From the IMG/VR virus record IMGVR_UViG_3300006854_000006, positions 1 through 58,798 of that record: a stretch of 58,798 nt of DNA; one strand, given 5' to 3'. The position numbers and the translations under genes are program-made. The notes under the pieces were generated by a model, which saw only the letters and a list, made by a program, of their open reading frames with translations, ran no database searches and was not told the origin of the DNA. Each line of letters opens with the position of its first letter. Position 1 is the stretch's first letter. This DNA is from a virus (Duplodnaviria; Caudoviricetes). Of the stretch, positions 9,049-18,476 are shown piece after piece.

Positions 9049-9800
9049 GTGAAGCCCTACTTCAGCCGGAACGGCATCACGATCTACCACGGAGACTGCC
9101 GGAAGGTTCTCCTCGAGATCCCCAGGTGTGACCTGGTGTATCAGGCCGACTCGATGATCACCGATCCGGTTTGGCCGAATGCCAGCGTTCCACTCGCCGG
9201 CGCCGACGCCCCCTTTACTCTCCTCGAGGAGGCGCTTCGCCTTGCCACCTTCAGGAGACTCGTCCTTCACCTCGGATGTGATACCGATCCGCGCTTCACA
9301 CTGGCCGTCCCTGAGCAGCTTCCATTTCTGCGCGTTTGTTGGCTGCGGTATGCGCGGCCGTCGTACAAAGGTCGGCTGCTGAATGGCTCTGAAGTCGCCT
9401 ACGTCTTCGGTGAAGCGCCGCCCGCGCACGAAACCAGCATGCTGATGTCCGGCGAGTCAACGAACACCGAAGCGACGCTGAATGGCGGCTGGCGCGTGAG
9501 TGATCGGACGGAAGGCGAAGTCTGTAACACCGACAATTGGAGGCGCACGGAAGGCCATCCTTGTCCACGCCGCATCCAGCATGTCGAGTGGCTGGTCCGC
9601 TGGTATGGGGGGGGGGGATGGTGATTGATCCTTTTGCTGGATCCGGAACGACGCTCGTTGCTGCGGCAAATCTCAACCGTCGCGCGATCGGCATCGAGAT
9701 CGAAGAGCGCTATTGCGAAATCGCCGCCAAACGACTGGATTCGCTTTCAGCTGACCGCCCAATGCAACCGTTTCCCGTCGGAATGAGGAATCAGAGTTGA
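9049..9800 (+). pseudogene. N4/N6 DNA methyltransferase split by a G11 tract (phase-variable or assembly error)
   Basis: N-part: IYHGDC, DPVW, HPCPR. C-part in another frame: [29 protein letters not shown]. Junction TAT-G11-ATG at 9607-9617. Confidence 0.85.
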
Positions 9801-10471
9801 CCAACTTTGACTGGGCCTATGTCGAGCATCAGCGTCGCGGGCAGAAGCCCACGGACGACTGGCAGACGCCCCCGCACATTTTGAAAGCACTCGGCCGCTT
9901 CGATTTGGATCCGTGCGCTTCTACTGAACAGCAGCACCGAACAGCCGACACCATGTGGACGGTTCTTGACGGTGGTTTCATGAAACCCTGGCGCGGGCGC
10001 GTCTGGCTCAATCCGCCATACGGTAGCAAGACGACTGAGTGGGTCCGCCGGCTCGGGGATCACGGTAACGGCATCGCACTCGTCTTTGCCCGCGTCGATA
10101 CAGCGCTTTTCCAGGATGAGATCTTCGTTCGCGCTACCGGTCTCTTGTTCCTTCGAAAGCGATTGTTCTTCATCCAGCGCGACGGATCCCGCGCGAAGAG
10201 CTCCGGCGGCGCTCCTTCGGTACTCGTCGCCTACGGCGAAGCGAACATGCACGCCCTTCGAATCAGCGGCCTCAAGGGCAGCCTGGTCGATTTACAGATC
10301 CCCGAAGTGATCACACGGTACGCGCGACCGCGAATAAACCACACTTTTGAAATAGGAGAACAGCAATGTCCCAACCCCAACGTTTACCCGGCATGGAAGA
10401 CTCGGCCGTGGAGGAACTCGAAGACGCGGCGCGCGAATACGCGACCATCCGCGATGAACGTCAGAAGCTGA
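9797..10471 (+). CDS. phage DNA N6-adenine methyltransferase (Dam-like family)
   Basis: [26 protein letters not shown] motifs. Confidence 0.9.
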   Translation: MTNFDWAYVEHQRRGQKPTDDWQTPPHILKALGRFDLDPCASTEQQHRTADTMWTVLDGGFMKPWRGRVWLNPPYGSKTTEWVRRLGDHGNGIALVFARVDTALFQDEIFVRATGLLFLRKRLFFIQRDGSRAKSSGGAPSVLVAYGEANMHALRISGLKGSLVDLQIPEVITRYARPRINHTFEIGEQQCPNPNVYPAWKTRPWRNSKTRRANTRPSAMNVRS

Positions 10472-10971
10472 CCCTACACGAATCGGAATTGAAAGCGAAG
10501 CTCCTGCGCCTGATGAAAGACGGTAAGCGCAGTCTCTACGAGCGCGACGGCGTCAAGATCGAACTCGTCGTGGAGGAGGAGACCGTCAAAGTTCGCGTGA
10601 AAAAAGAGCGCGAGGAGGGCGACCGGCCCGCATCCTCGAGCGTCACGACCGTTCGACCGGTGACTCCCGACGAGACGCCCGAACCCCTCTGCCGGCTCTG
10701 CCAGGCGCCCAATCCGGAATTCCAAACCACGGACGGCAAATTCTTTTACTGCGAAATCCATTCCTCGAACGTCCAGGAAGGCGAGAAGGTCAAGCGGATC
10801 CGCGATCGACAGAAAGCCGAAGCGATTGCGCAGACGATGAGAGAACCGGGCGACGAGAGCGAGAACGAGGCACCACGAGAAGATCCGTTGCTCTCGCCCT
10901 CCGCTCAGGCCGAGGAGTCCGCGTTCATCAACCAGCGGAATAAGGGACGGCGGAAGCGAGCGGCGAAATGA
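10366..10971 (+). CDS. hypothetical protein (coiled coil plus zinc finger)
   Basis: AGGAG RBS; CRLC...CEIH. Confidence 0.7.
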   Translation: MSQPQRLPGMEDSAVEELEDAAREYATIRDERQKLTLHESELKAKLLRLMKDGKRSLYERDGVKIELVVEEETVKVRVKKEREEGDRPASSSVTTVRPVTPDETPEPLCRLCQAPNPEFQTTDGKFFYCEIHSSNVQEGEKVKRIRDRQKAEAIAQTMREPGDESENEAPREDPLLSPSAQAEESAFINQRNKGRRKRAAK

Positions 10972-12438
10972 AATCGAAGCGCTCCAACCTGCCCGTGCTC
11001 GGCGAATTAGTAAGCGTTGTTTTTAGCGTCGCCCATGCGTGCCCGAAGACCAAGTCGGCGCCCGACGATTGCGGCGATTGGACGAAATTCAAACTGGTCG
11101 AAGACGATGCGGATCTCTACGTCTTTGAATGCACGCGCTGCCAGCAGGCGGTCTGTGTCGAGATGGAGACGCGCGTCCAACGAGCAGCGAAGAAGCGAGT
11201 GGCACGGTGAAAGCCGACATTTGTGAGTTCTGCGGGATGGTGGTGCCGGAGAGCGATGACAAAACACTTCTTTATGAACTGGTCATCGCGCCGGCCGAGA
11301 ACTTCGAAGCCCGTGAAAAGCGCGAGCGGTTGCTCACGCTCACGATCGAGCACATCTGCTTTGGATGTACCCAACGCGTGCGTGAACTTGTCGATCGCGT
11401 TCGGGAGATGGTGCGCCCGAAAGAGGTTAAGAAAAATCATTGGATGAGGTAAAGCGACATGGCCATGAAAGTCACGCTCTGGTGCGATCAGTGCCCGACG
11501 TTGTTGGATGTCGAAGCTTTCGAACTCGATCTCAAGAGCAGGCAGATCCTGCCGCGCCAGGATCACAACTACCAGACCCAGCGGCTTCAGCTGTGCGCGG
11601 AGTGCTTCGACAAGCTCATGGCGCAGGCGAAGCCGGTCAAGCAGAACGTCTCGGTGAAGGCGACGATTGAGACGCCGGCGAATGGAAAGCGGGCGGCGAA
11701 ATCATGAACGTGAAATGTAAGACTTGCGGCACGCGTTACGACGACGCCGATCGCTCCACGCTCTGCCCGCACCTGCTCATCATGTCCGCCGAAGACCGGG
11801 AACAGAAGAAAGTCGCCCTTTCCTTACTCGGCAAAGACGTCTACTTCGCCCATCGGCCGGAGGAAATCTACCGGGTTCAGGCCGTGAGCTATAACGGTAT
11901 GGTCTCCATCTCCGGAATGGTCGGTGAATTCGCGCCGCATCTTTTCAAAGTCAAGGAGTGAATCGATGTCTGTCCATGACCTCGTGAAAGAAGTTCAAGA
12001 GTACGAACGCCGTCGCGCCGAAGGTCGACGTTGTGGGATGACGAGCGTTCAGCCACGGCAAGCCGGACACCGGTGTCACGCCGGAACCGTCACGCATGTG
12101 TGTGAGCGGCCGGCGGATCATAAAGAGATGTGCCGGTGTTGGTGTACGTACGAGTGGTTGGGAAAATGAGGCTCGGACATCGGGGGATTCTGCGACAGGC
12201 GGGGATGTAGATGCGACCGATTCCGGATCTGTGCGAATGGAATCCAGTCCTGAAAGAGCCTGCACGACACCAACCTGTCGGGGTGCCCGTAAACGACGGC
12301 AGTTGTACAAATCTCGCGGAGTTGATCGTCGGTGCGAACGGCCATTGGCGACTCTGTCGACGATGTTGGGAGCTGGACCGGAAGGAATACTTTTGGAGAT
12401 ACCGCTCAATTCAGGAGATTCGAAAGGCGGGGATGTAG
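10968..12438 (+). CDS. run of six small Cys-rich hypothetical genes (10968-11210, 11207-11452, 11459-11707, 11704-11961, 11966-12169, 12211-12438)
   Basis: Mostly start/stop-overlapped or with an RBS; each has CxxC-type motifs. Confidence 0.65.
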
Positions 12439-13491
12439 ATGGGCGAGACTTCGATCGAGTGGACGAATCGGACCTGGAATCCTGTCACCGGCTGCACGAA
12501 GGTAAGTCCCGGCTGCAAGTTCTGCTATGCCGAACGGGTGTTCCCGCGGGCGTATTCCGGGATGTGTGAGTGTGGTGACAGAATTGAAGCGCATGACCAT
12601 AACGATCCCTTCAGGCCAGGCACGCCGACCGCCTGTCTGAATGAGGACTGTAAATGCGTACTGTACCGCCAGCGTGTCTTCACCGAAGTTCTTACGCATC
12701 CGGACCGCCTAGACCAACCCCTGCACTGGCGCAAGCCGCAGCGGATCTTCGTCAACTCAATGTCGGATCTCTTTCACGAAGATGTGTCGGATGAATTCAT
12801 CGACAAGGTGTTCGCCGTGATGGGCCTGGCTCCGCAACATACTTTCCAGATCCTCACCAAGCGGCCCGAGCGGATGCGGGAATACATGAACGGCGACTAT
12901 CTTGACCGGGCATGGAAGCAGGCTCCAGATCTCGCCGGTCCGGATGCGCCATTTATCGATTGGCGCGATCCGTTGTGGCATCGAATGTACGACAACGTCT
13001 GGCTGGGCGTGTCCGCCGAAAACCAGCAGTATGCCGACGAACGGATTCCGCTCCTCTTGCAGACACCGGCCGCGGTGCGGTTTGTGAGCTATGAACCGGC
13101 GCTGGGGCCAGTCCTATTCCGTCGCCATATTGATGTGACACGAAGCGGCGTCATTGAGGGCCAGATTCTCGTGGATCACATATCCCGACTCGACTGGATC
13201 ATTGTCGGCGGCGAAAGCGGGCCCGGCGCTCGGCCGATGCATCCCGACTGGGCGCGCACCGTTCGGGATCAGTGCGAAGAAGCTGGAGTGGCGTTTTTCT
13301 TCAAGCAATGGGGCGAATGGTTCCCGCGGGATCAGTGGGAAGGCAATCCAAATCTAATTTTGCCGGATGACGAAGACTGCGTTGAAGGTCCGCGGCTCAG
13401 ACTAATGGGACCGCTTGCTTTCCATCGCGTCGGCAAGAAAGCTTCCGGCGCATTGCTCGACGGCGAATTGTGCAGGGAATTTCCGAAGTGA
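12439..13491 (+). CDS. phage Gp37/Gp68 family protein (DUF5131)
   Basis: TSIEWT..TWNPVTGCTKVSPGCKFCYA, IFVNSMSDLFHE, QILTKRP, WIIVGGESG, FFFKQWG. Confidence 0.95.
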   Translation: MGETSIEWTNRTWNPVTGCTKVSPGCKFCYAERVFPRAYSGMCECGDRIEAHDHNDPFRPGTPTACLNEDCKCVLYRQRVFTEVLTHPDRLDQPLHWRKPQRIFVNSMSDLFHEDVSDEFIDKVFAVMGLAPQHTFQILTKRPERMREYMNGDYLDRAWKQAPDLAGPDAPFIDWRDPLWHRMYDNVWLGVSAENQQYADERIPLLLQTPAAVRFVSYEPALGPVLFRRHIDVTRSGVIEGQILVDHISRLDWIIVGGESGPGARPMHPDWARTVRDQCEEAGVAFFFKQWGEWFPRDQWEGNPNLILPDDEDCVEGPRLRLMGPLAFHRVGKKASGALLDGELCREFPK

Positions 13492-13709
13492 CTCTCGATC
13501 GCAACATCAAATGCGCATACTGCCGAACAGTGATTCCGATCGGGAGTGACTTCTACGCCTGTTCGTGGGGCACGTCGAGCAATGCAGAACTGCCGATGGT
13601 GAGCATCGCCGGCATTCACTGGGATTGCACATATAAGATTCTTGACGAGTGGATTCATCAGCGGATTTACAAAGGAAAGCGGAAGTCGGATCACGGGAGG
13701 AGGCAGTGA
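13488..13709 (+). CDS. small zinc-finger-like protein
   Basis: GTGA coupling; CAYC...HWDC. Confidence 0.6.
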   Translation: MTLDRNIKCAYCRTVIPIGSDFYACSWGTSSNAELPMVSIAGIHWDCTYKILDEWIHQRIYKGKRKSDHGRRQ

Positions 13710-13914
13710 AGCGTCAGAGCAGTAAACGTCGCGGCGGCCCACAGCACGGCGCCGCCATGAGCTTCGAGGAGATCGCTCGGGAGCTGGGGATCACGCGCGC
13801 GGCGGGGCCTGGATGGCGTACAAGAATGCCATGCGTAAGCTCGCGCGCCAGCCGAATCGTCGACAGCTTGAAATGATGCGCGAGCTCGCCCGATCGAAGG
13901 AAAGGTCCGGATGA
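13706..13914 (+). pseudogene. sigma70 region-4-like HTH protein, frameshifted near 13797
   Basis: MSFEEIARELGITR continues in another frame as GGAWMAYKNAMRKL...RSG, whose stop overlaps the next ATG. Confidence 0.6.
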
Positions 13915-14324
13915 AAGCGTTCTACTTCGGTTGTGTGCGCGAGCCTGGCCATCACTTCTTTGGACCGGATGGCGAATACCGCCACTTCAAAGAATTCGCA
14001 CAGAGTCCGTGGAGGGCTTATGAGCTCGATGCGCAGCTCGCGCCGCATTTTGAAGATTGCATCCGAAAGCGATCCCGCTTCTGCAAATACTGCGATTGCG
14101 CGAGCGGCCCGGAAGGCATCGCGCTCCTGCACCATAAAGCCGGCTGGACGGCGCTGTCGTTCTGGGACCGTTCGGTGGACAATCGTGGCGCCAGCAACAG
14201 CACGTTCATCCTGGAAGGCGACTACGACTTCAACCAGGCCCTCGCGTTGGCCCGCTCACTCTTTCCGTCGATCTTCGCGCGGTTCACCTTCGAGGTGCGG
14301 GAGTTTTCGGAGACTCGGTCGTGA
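13911..14324 (+). CDS. hypothetical protein
   Basis: FYFGC..PGH..GWTALSFWDRSVDNRGASNSTF; coupled both sides. Confidence 0.75.
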   Translation: MKAFYFGCVREPGHHFFGPDGEYRHFKEFAQSPWRAYELDAQLAPHFEDCIRKRSRFCKYCDCASGPEGIALLHHKAGWTALSFWDRSVDNRGASNSTFILEGDYDFNQALALARSLFPSIFARFTFEVREFSETRS

Positions 14325-14809
14325 GTAACCTCTCGGATCGGATCGCGAGGTTTCGAGCCGAGGACTACGGAGCGCATACGCCGGAATGTCACGATGACGC
14401 TATCGGCCTGCTCGACGATTACCAGAAGCAGATTCAGGATTTGCAGCAGCAGAAAGTGTTCGAAGCGCAATGGGCCGACAAACTGAAAGAGTTCGGCACG
14501 ATTGACCGGCTCATCGAAGCCTACAGTCAGTCGAAGATGGAAGCTCGCAAGTCTGCCGCCGAGAACCGGACGCTGACGCAGGATCTTGCCGCTTGTGTGA
14601 CGGCGCGCGACATGAACCATAGCCAATGGTTTGCCATTAAGGCGGAATGGGAAAACGGGAAAGAGGAGAGCCGGAAGCTGCGGGAGGCGCTGGATACGGC
14701 GAGGGCGGCATTGCATCACTGCGACATCCGACACAAGAAATGCACATGTTCAAGAGAAGCGATCGCCGAAATCGACGCCGCCCTGGCCGACAAAGGAGAA
14801 ACCGAATGA
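14321..14809 (+). CDS. hypothetical coiled-coil protein
   Basis: GGAG RBS, GTGA and ATGA overlaps. Confidence 0.7.
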   Translation: MSNLSDRIARFRAEDYGAHTPECHDDAIGLLDDYQKQIQDLQQQKVFEAQWADKLKEFGTIDRLIEAYSQSKMEARKSAAENRTLTQDLAACVTARDMNHSQWFAIKAEWENGKEESRKLREALDTARAALHHCDIRHKKCTCSREAIAEIDAALADKGETE

Positions 14810-15893
14810 AGTCGATCATCACCACTAAGCAACGCAGAGCGATGAAAGCAGTAGAAGATGAAAAATGTGGCGCTAAATACAATGGCGTTCTGATGATCAG
14901 GTGCATGCTGCCAAAGGGTCATCGGGGTCGTCATGCATCGGAACGCACGACTGTTCACGGTGGGCGCATATCTGCACTCTGGCCGAGGTAGCCGACAAAG
15001 TAGGATTGGATGGCGAGTAAATCGTGTAGTTGCACGGCTAAGGTTAACGACATTGTTTATGAAGTGGATATCTGCCACTGCCCCCTCCACAAAGCCGCAC
15101 CGGAGTTGTTGGAGGCGTGCAAGCGCGCATTGCCCATTGTGCAGAGCTACAACGCAACACTCTCCGGAGTCGAAGTATTGGAAGCCGCAATCGCGGCAGC
15201 CGAAGGCAAGCTCTGATGGGTTCCGCGATAGAATTGGGTTCTATGAAACTCAAATTCGACCCAGAGCAACGCGTTCGTGTCGAAAACGGCCAAAAGCAGA
15301 GCGCGAAATACAATGGCATGGAAGGAACGATCATGCCTATACGGCCAGCGACACTCAACATCGGCAATGAGTACATGGTTAAACTTGACGACGTCGATAC
15401 ACCGCTATCCTTTTCGGAGAGTGAGCTCGTAGCAATCTGAGTTGGCAAACGTGAACGGCAACTTCAACGGCGTCCAGCTTCACAAGATCACCTCGCTGAA
15501 AATCCAGAACCACACCCCCGGCTTTACCCATACCTCATTTCGGGTGATCGAAGAGAGTCGTCCCGACTTGGAGCACGTCCTCGAGCTCGGCACGCCGGCG
15601 CTGCTGATTCTTGCGGACAAGATCATTGAAGGCCGTATCGTCAGCTATAAGGCGGATCTGCATTTCGGTTATGAGATCACGATCGAGACAAAGAAATGAT
15701 GCTGCTCACCCTCGCCGACATCTTTCGTTGCACCCGTTGCGGTTTCTGGTATCCGCGCGACGAAGAAGGACCCTGGCAGAACTGCAAAAGCTGCTATTGG
15801 GGTGTGCCGCTCCAACGCGACGCCATCGTGACTCGGAAGATGGTCCTGATCATGATGGCCCGCGAACTGGAGGAGTTGCTGTCCGTGGCCTAA
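14806..15893 (+). CDS. run of five small hypothetical genes (14806-14991, 15010-15216, 15243-15440, 15442-15699, 15696-15893)
   Basis: Tight packing; 15010 ORF has the common phage AAPELLEAC motif; 15243 ORF looks SH3/KOW-like (RVRV..YNGMEGTI..YMVKLD). Confidence 0.6.
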
Positions 15894-15963
15894 TGGCGTT
15901 CGAATAGATTTGCGCGCCCTTCAACCTGCGACCGCGCCGCAAAATAATTATCTGACAAAACAC

Positions 15964-15992
15964 TTGACACTTGGGAAGAGTCGAGCTACACT
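15964..15992 (+). promoter_or_regulatory. sigma70-type promoter upstream of DUF932 gene
   Basis: TTGACA-17 nt-TACACT with AT-rich upstream element. Confidence 0.8.
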
Positions 15993-16071
15993 GTCTCTCG
16001 AAATGACAGGCGAGCCCCGCAGATGGTCGAAACATCCACGAGGCTCTAACTTCCAAAGGAGTATAGGTCCC

Positions 16072-16911
16072 ATGAAAGCTACGATCGATTCTAACCCACG
16101 TCCCGTCCGCCGAAATCAACCGTTGACCCTCGAGGAGATCCACCGCGCCGCGCCCTCGGCCTTTGCCGCGGAGCCCTACGGTGCGATGTCGTCGCGCTAC
16201 AGCTACATTCCGACGTCCACGATCATCGAGGGCATGCGCCAGGCCGGCTTTGCGCCCTTCGCGGCTTCACAGTCGGCCACGAAGATCGATGGGAAACGCG
16301 GTCACACGAAGCACATGATCCGCTTCCGTTCCCAGTCCTCGGCGGTCGCGCTCGGCGACACCTTCCCGGAGATCGTGCTGATCAACGCACACGACGGCTC
16401 GAGCGCCTATAAGCTGATGGCCGGCCTCTTCCGGCTCGTCTGCGCGAACGGTCTCGTGGTCGCGGATTCGATGATGGAGTCGATCCACGTCAAGCACACC
16501 GGCAACGTTCTCGAGCAGGTCGCGACGGGTTCCATGGAGCTCGTCGCGCGGATGCCCGAGGTGATCGATGCCGTAGCCCGCTGGAAGGCCATCCAGTTGT
16601 CCTCGGCCGAGCAGACGGCTTTCGCCGAAGCCGCACACGTCCTGCGCTTCGCGGATGCGGAGGGTTCCGTCACGACGCCCATCACGCCCGGCCAGCTGCT
16701 GACACCCCGACGGGTTGACGATTCCCGCTCGGACCTTTGGTCCACCTTTAACCGCGTCCAGGAAAATGTGCTCCGTGGCGGCCTGCGGAACTATCGGCGC
16801 AGCAATGTGCGCCGCGTGACCACACGTGCGGTGACGGGTATCGATCAGGACGTTCGGTTAAACCGGGCCCTGTGGACGCTGACCTCACGGATGGCGGACT
16901 TGAAGCGATAG
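16072..16911 (+). CDS. DUF932/DUF945 family protein
   Basis: AAGGAG RBS; SSRYSYIPT, HTKHMIRFR, INAHDGSSAY, GLFRLVCANG, DLWSTFNRVQEN, LNRALW. Confidence 0.92.
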   Translation: MKATIDSNPRPVRRNQPLTLEEIHRAAPSAFAAEPYGAMSSRYSYIPTSTIIEGMRQAGFAPFAASQSATKIDGKRGHTKHMIRFRSQSSAVALGDTFPEIVLINAHDGSSAYKLMAGLFRLVCANGLVVADSMMESIHVKHTGNVLEQVATGSMELVARMPEVIDAVARWKAIQLSSAEQTAFAEAAHVLRFADAEGSVTTPITPGQLLTPRRVDDSRSDLWSTFNRVQENVLRGGLRNYRRSNVRRVTTRAVTGIDQDVRLNRALWTLTSRMADLKR

Positions 16912-17060
16912 CTGGAAAGCGGGCGCCGGAAGCGGATCCGGCGCCTTCTCGAGGTTCCCGGAATTGGAATCGAACAAAAGGAGGAACAAAACAATGAAGA
17001 CCCGGAGGAAGAAAACGAAAGGCGTCCGGTTCGTCCTGGGGCCGGCGTGCGGGAGATGAG

Positions 17061-17261
17061 ATGACACCACAGGCGAAGCGCTGCCCCAATCACGGCAATC
17101 GTCGGGCGACCATGCGCGGGGTCTGCACGACCTGCTACAACGCCGTCGCACAGCGGGTGTCCCGCGGAGAACTAAGCTGGGCGGAGGCGGAAGCGCAAGG
17201 CCTCGTGCTTCCTCAGCAACCGCGCGGCCGTCCGCGAAAGACCTTCAAGACAGTAAAATAA
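17061..17261 (+). CDS. small zinc-finger/AT-hook-like DNA-binding protein
   Basis: RGVCTTCY and C-terminal PRGRPRK; GGAG RBS. Confidence 0.65.
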   Translation: MTPQAKRCPNHGNRRATMRGVCTTCYNAVAQRVSRGELSWAEAEAQGLVLPQQPRGRPRKTFKTVK

Positions 17262-17264
17262 TGT

Positions 17265-17293
17265 TTGACAAATACACTGACAGCGGCTATATT
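17265..17293 (+). promoter_or_regulatory. sigma70-type promoter for the tRNA
   Basis: TTGACA-17 nt-TATATT, 15 nt before the acceptor stem. Confidence 0.85.
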
Positions 17294-17308
17294 AGACGCA
17301 CGGTGGAC

Positions 17309-17404
17309 GGAGGGATGGCCGAGTGGACGAAGGCAACCGGCTCACAACCGGTACTCGGTGCTAGAACCACCGAGCGCGGGTTCGAATCCCGCTCCCTCCG
17401 CCCA
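17309..17404 (+). tRNA. class II tRNA with serine-type body and CAC (Val) anticodon
   Basis: Acceptor GGAGGGA/TCCCTCC, D arm GCC/GGC with GG, anticodon arm ACCGG-CTCACAA-CCGGT, 7-bp variable stem CTCGGTG/CACCGAG, T arm GCGGG-TTCGAAT-CCCGC, then GCCCA. Confidence 0.92.
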
Positions 17405-17549
17405 CCGGACCGAAGGGCACTGGCTCACAACCAGGGTCAGTATAACACCGTTTCGGTTTGCATCGGTCCCGGGGACTTCAATCGAATCGGGGGGGCTTTG
17501 AATGAAAAGCTGACGGCGGAGATGTTCGACAAGACGTGAGGCGCGCGAA

Positions 17550-17816
17550 TTATTTTTTGAAGTAGATGAGTAAGACACCGGCCGCCTGCACGATCAGCGT
17601 CGCCAGAAGGCCGATGACCATTTTCCAGCGGTCGTTTTTCGAGCGCTCCGTCGCCTGCTGCATGCTCACCAGCAGGTCGAACTGCTTGTTCGTGGAGGTT
17701 GTGACGTTCGCCATCTCGGCTTTCAGGGTGGCGATATCCCCGATGGTGGTTTTGATGTCCGGCGCCATCTCGCGAATCGTCTGCAGGGCCTGCAGCAGCG
17801 CTTGATCATCGCTCAC
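17550..17816 (-). CDS. coiled-coil protein with C-terminal TM helix (holin/XhlA-like)
   Basis: Hydrophobic WKMVIGLLATLIVQAAGVLLIYF then KK; last gene of the late operon. Confidence 0.65.
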   Translation of the reverse strand: MSDDQALLQALQTIREMAPDIKTTIGDIATLKAEMANVTTSTNKQFDLLVSMQQATERSKNDRWKMVIGLLATLIVQAAGVLLIYFKK

Positions 17817-18292
17817 AGTCCGCGCCGTTCCCGTTTCAGATCCGCGATGTATTGCTCGATTTGATCGATCCGCTCGTCAATACGCCGGTTTTTCAAAATG
17901 GCTTCTTTTTGTTTTTGAACCGCACTGCTTCGGATCGCGACCGCATCCCGAATGGCTAGCAGGAGTCGCTCGCGGATATCGCCTTTGTCGAGATAATCGT
18001 CGGCTTTGTTTTTCATCGCCGCGACCGCGGTTCGTGGATCGGAAAATCCGGTCAAGAGGATGAAACCGCCCTGATAGTCCTGCTCCCGCAACTGGCGGAC
18101 GCATTCGCTTCCTTGCATGCCGGCGAGTTTTTGATCCATCACAATGCAATCAATCGCTTCAGTATCGGCCAAGCGGAGGGCGTCTTCGCAGGTTTCCGCG
18201 TCGATGATGGTCAGATCGGGATCCTGGCGGACGAGGATTTCACGCACCAGGCGCGCGTCGTTCAGATCGTCGTCGACGAGGAGGATGATCAC
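17813..18292 (-). CDS. response-regulator receiver (CheY-like) domain protein
   Basis: ILLVDDD, IVMD (phosphoacceptor), LLTG, ADDYLDK; GTG start overlaps upstream TGA. Confidence 0.92.
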   Translation of the reverse strand: MIILLVDDDLNDARLVREILVRQDPDLTIIDAETCEDALRLADTEAIDCIVMDQKLAGMQGSECVRQLREQDYQGGFILLTGFSDPRTAVAAMKNKADDYLDKGDIRERLLLAIRDAVAIRSSAVQKQKEAILKNRRIDERIDQIEQYIADLKRERRGL

Positions 18293-18465
18293 GCGGAAGG
18301 AGGGGGAGACTGGAAGTCCGGATCGCCAGTATAGGCGGCGTTGATGGAATTCCGGATTTTCAACATAACTTTCTTCAGCGCGGCCCGTTTGTCGGGATTC
18401 TTGATCGTCGCCAGAATGGCCGCCGTTCCCATCGTGATCCAAAAGTCATAATCCATCCCGTTCAT
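18289..18465 (-). CDS. small putative membrane-associated protein
   Basis: AAAGGA RBS; FWITMGTAAILATI then basic amphipathic helix. Confidence 0.6.
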   Translation of the reverse strand: MNGMDYDFWITMGTAAILATIKNPDKRAALKKVMLKIRNSINAAYTGDPDFQSPPPSA

Positions 18466-18476
18466 CCTTTCTATGG

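Noticed and set aside
17308-17404. tRNA-Sec (possible 8-bp acceptor stem, TCA within the loop)
   Set aside because: TCA is off-register (positions 33-35), the D arm is Ser-type rather than the long Sec stem, and the 8-bp fold would give a C discriminator.
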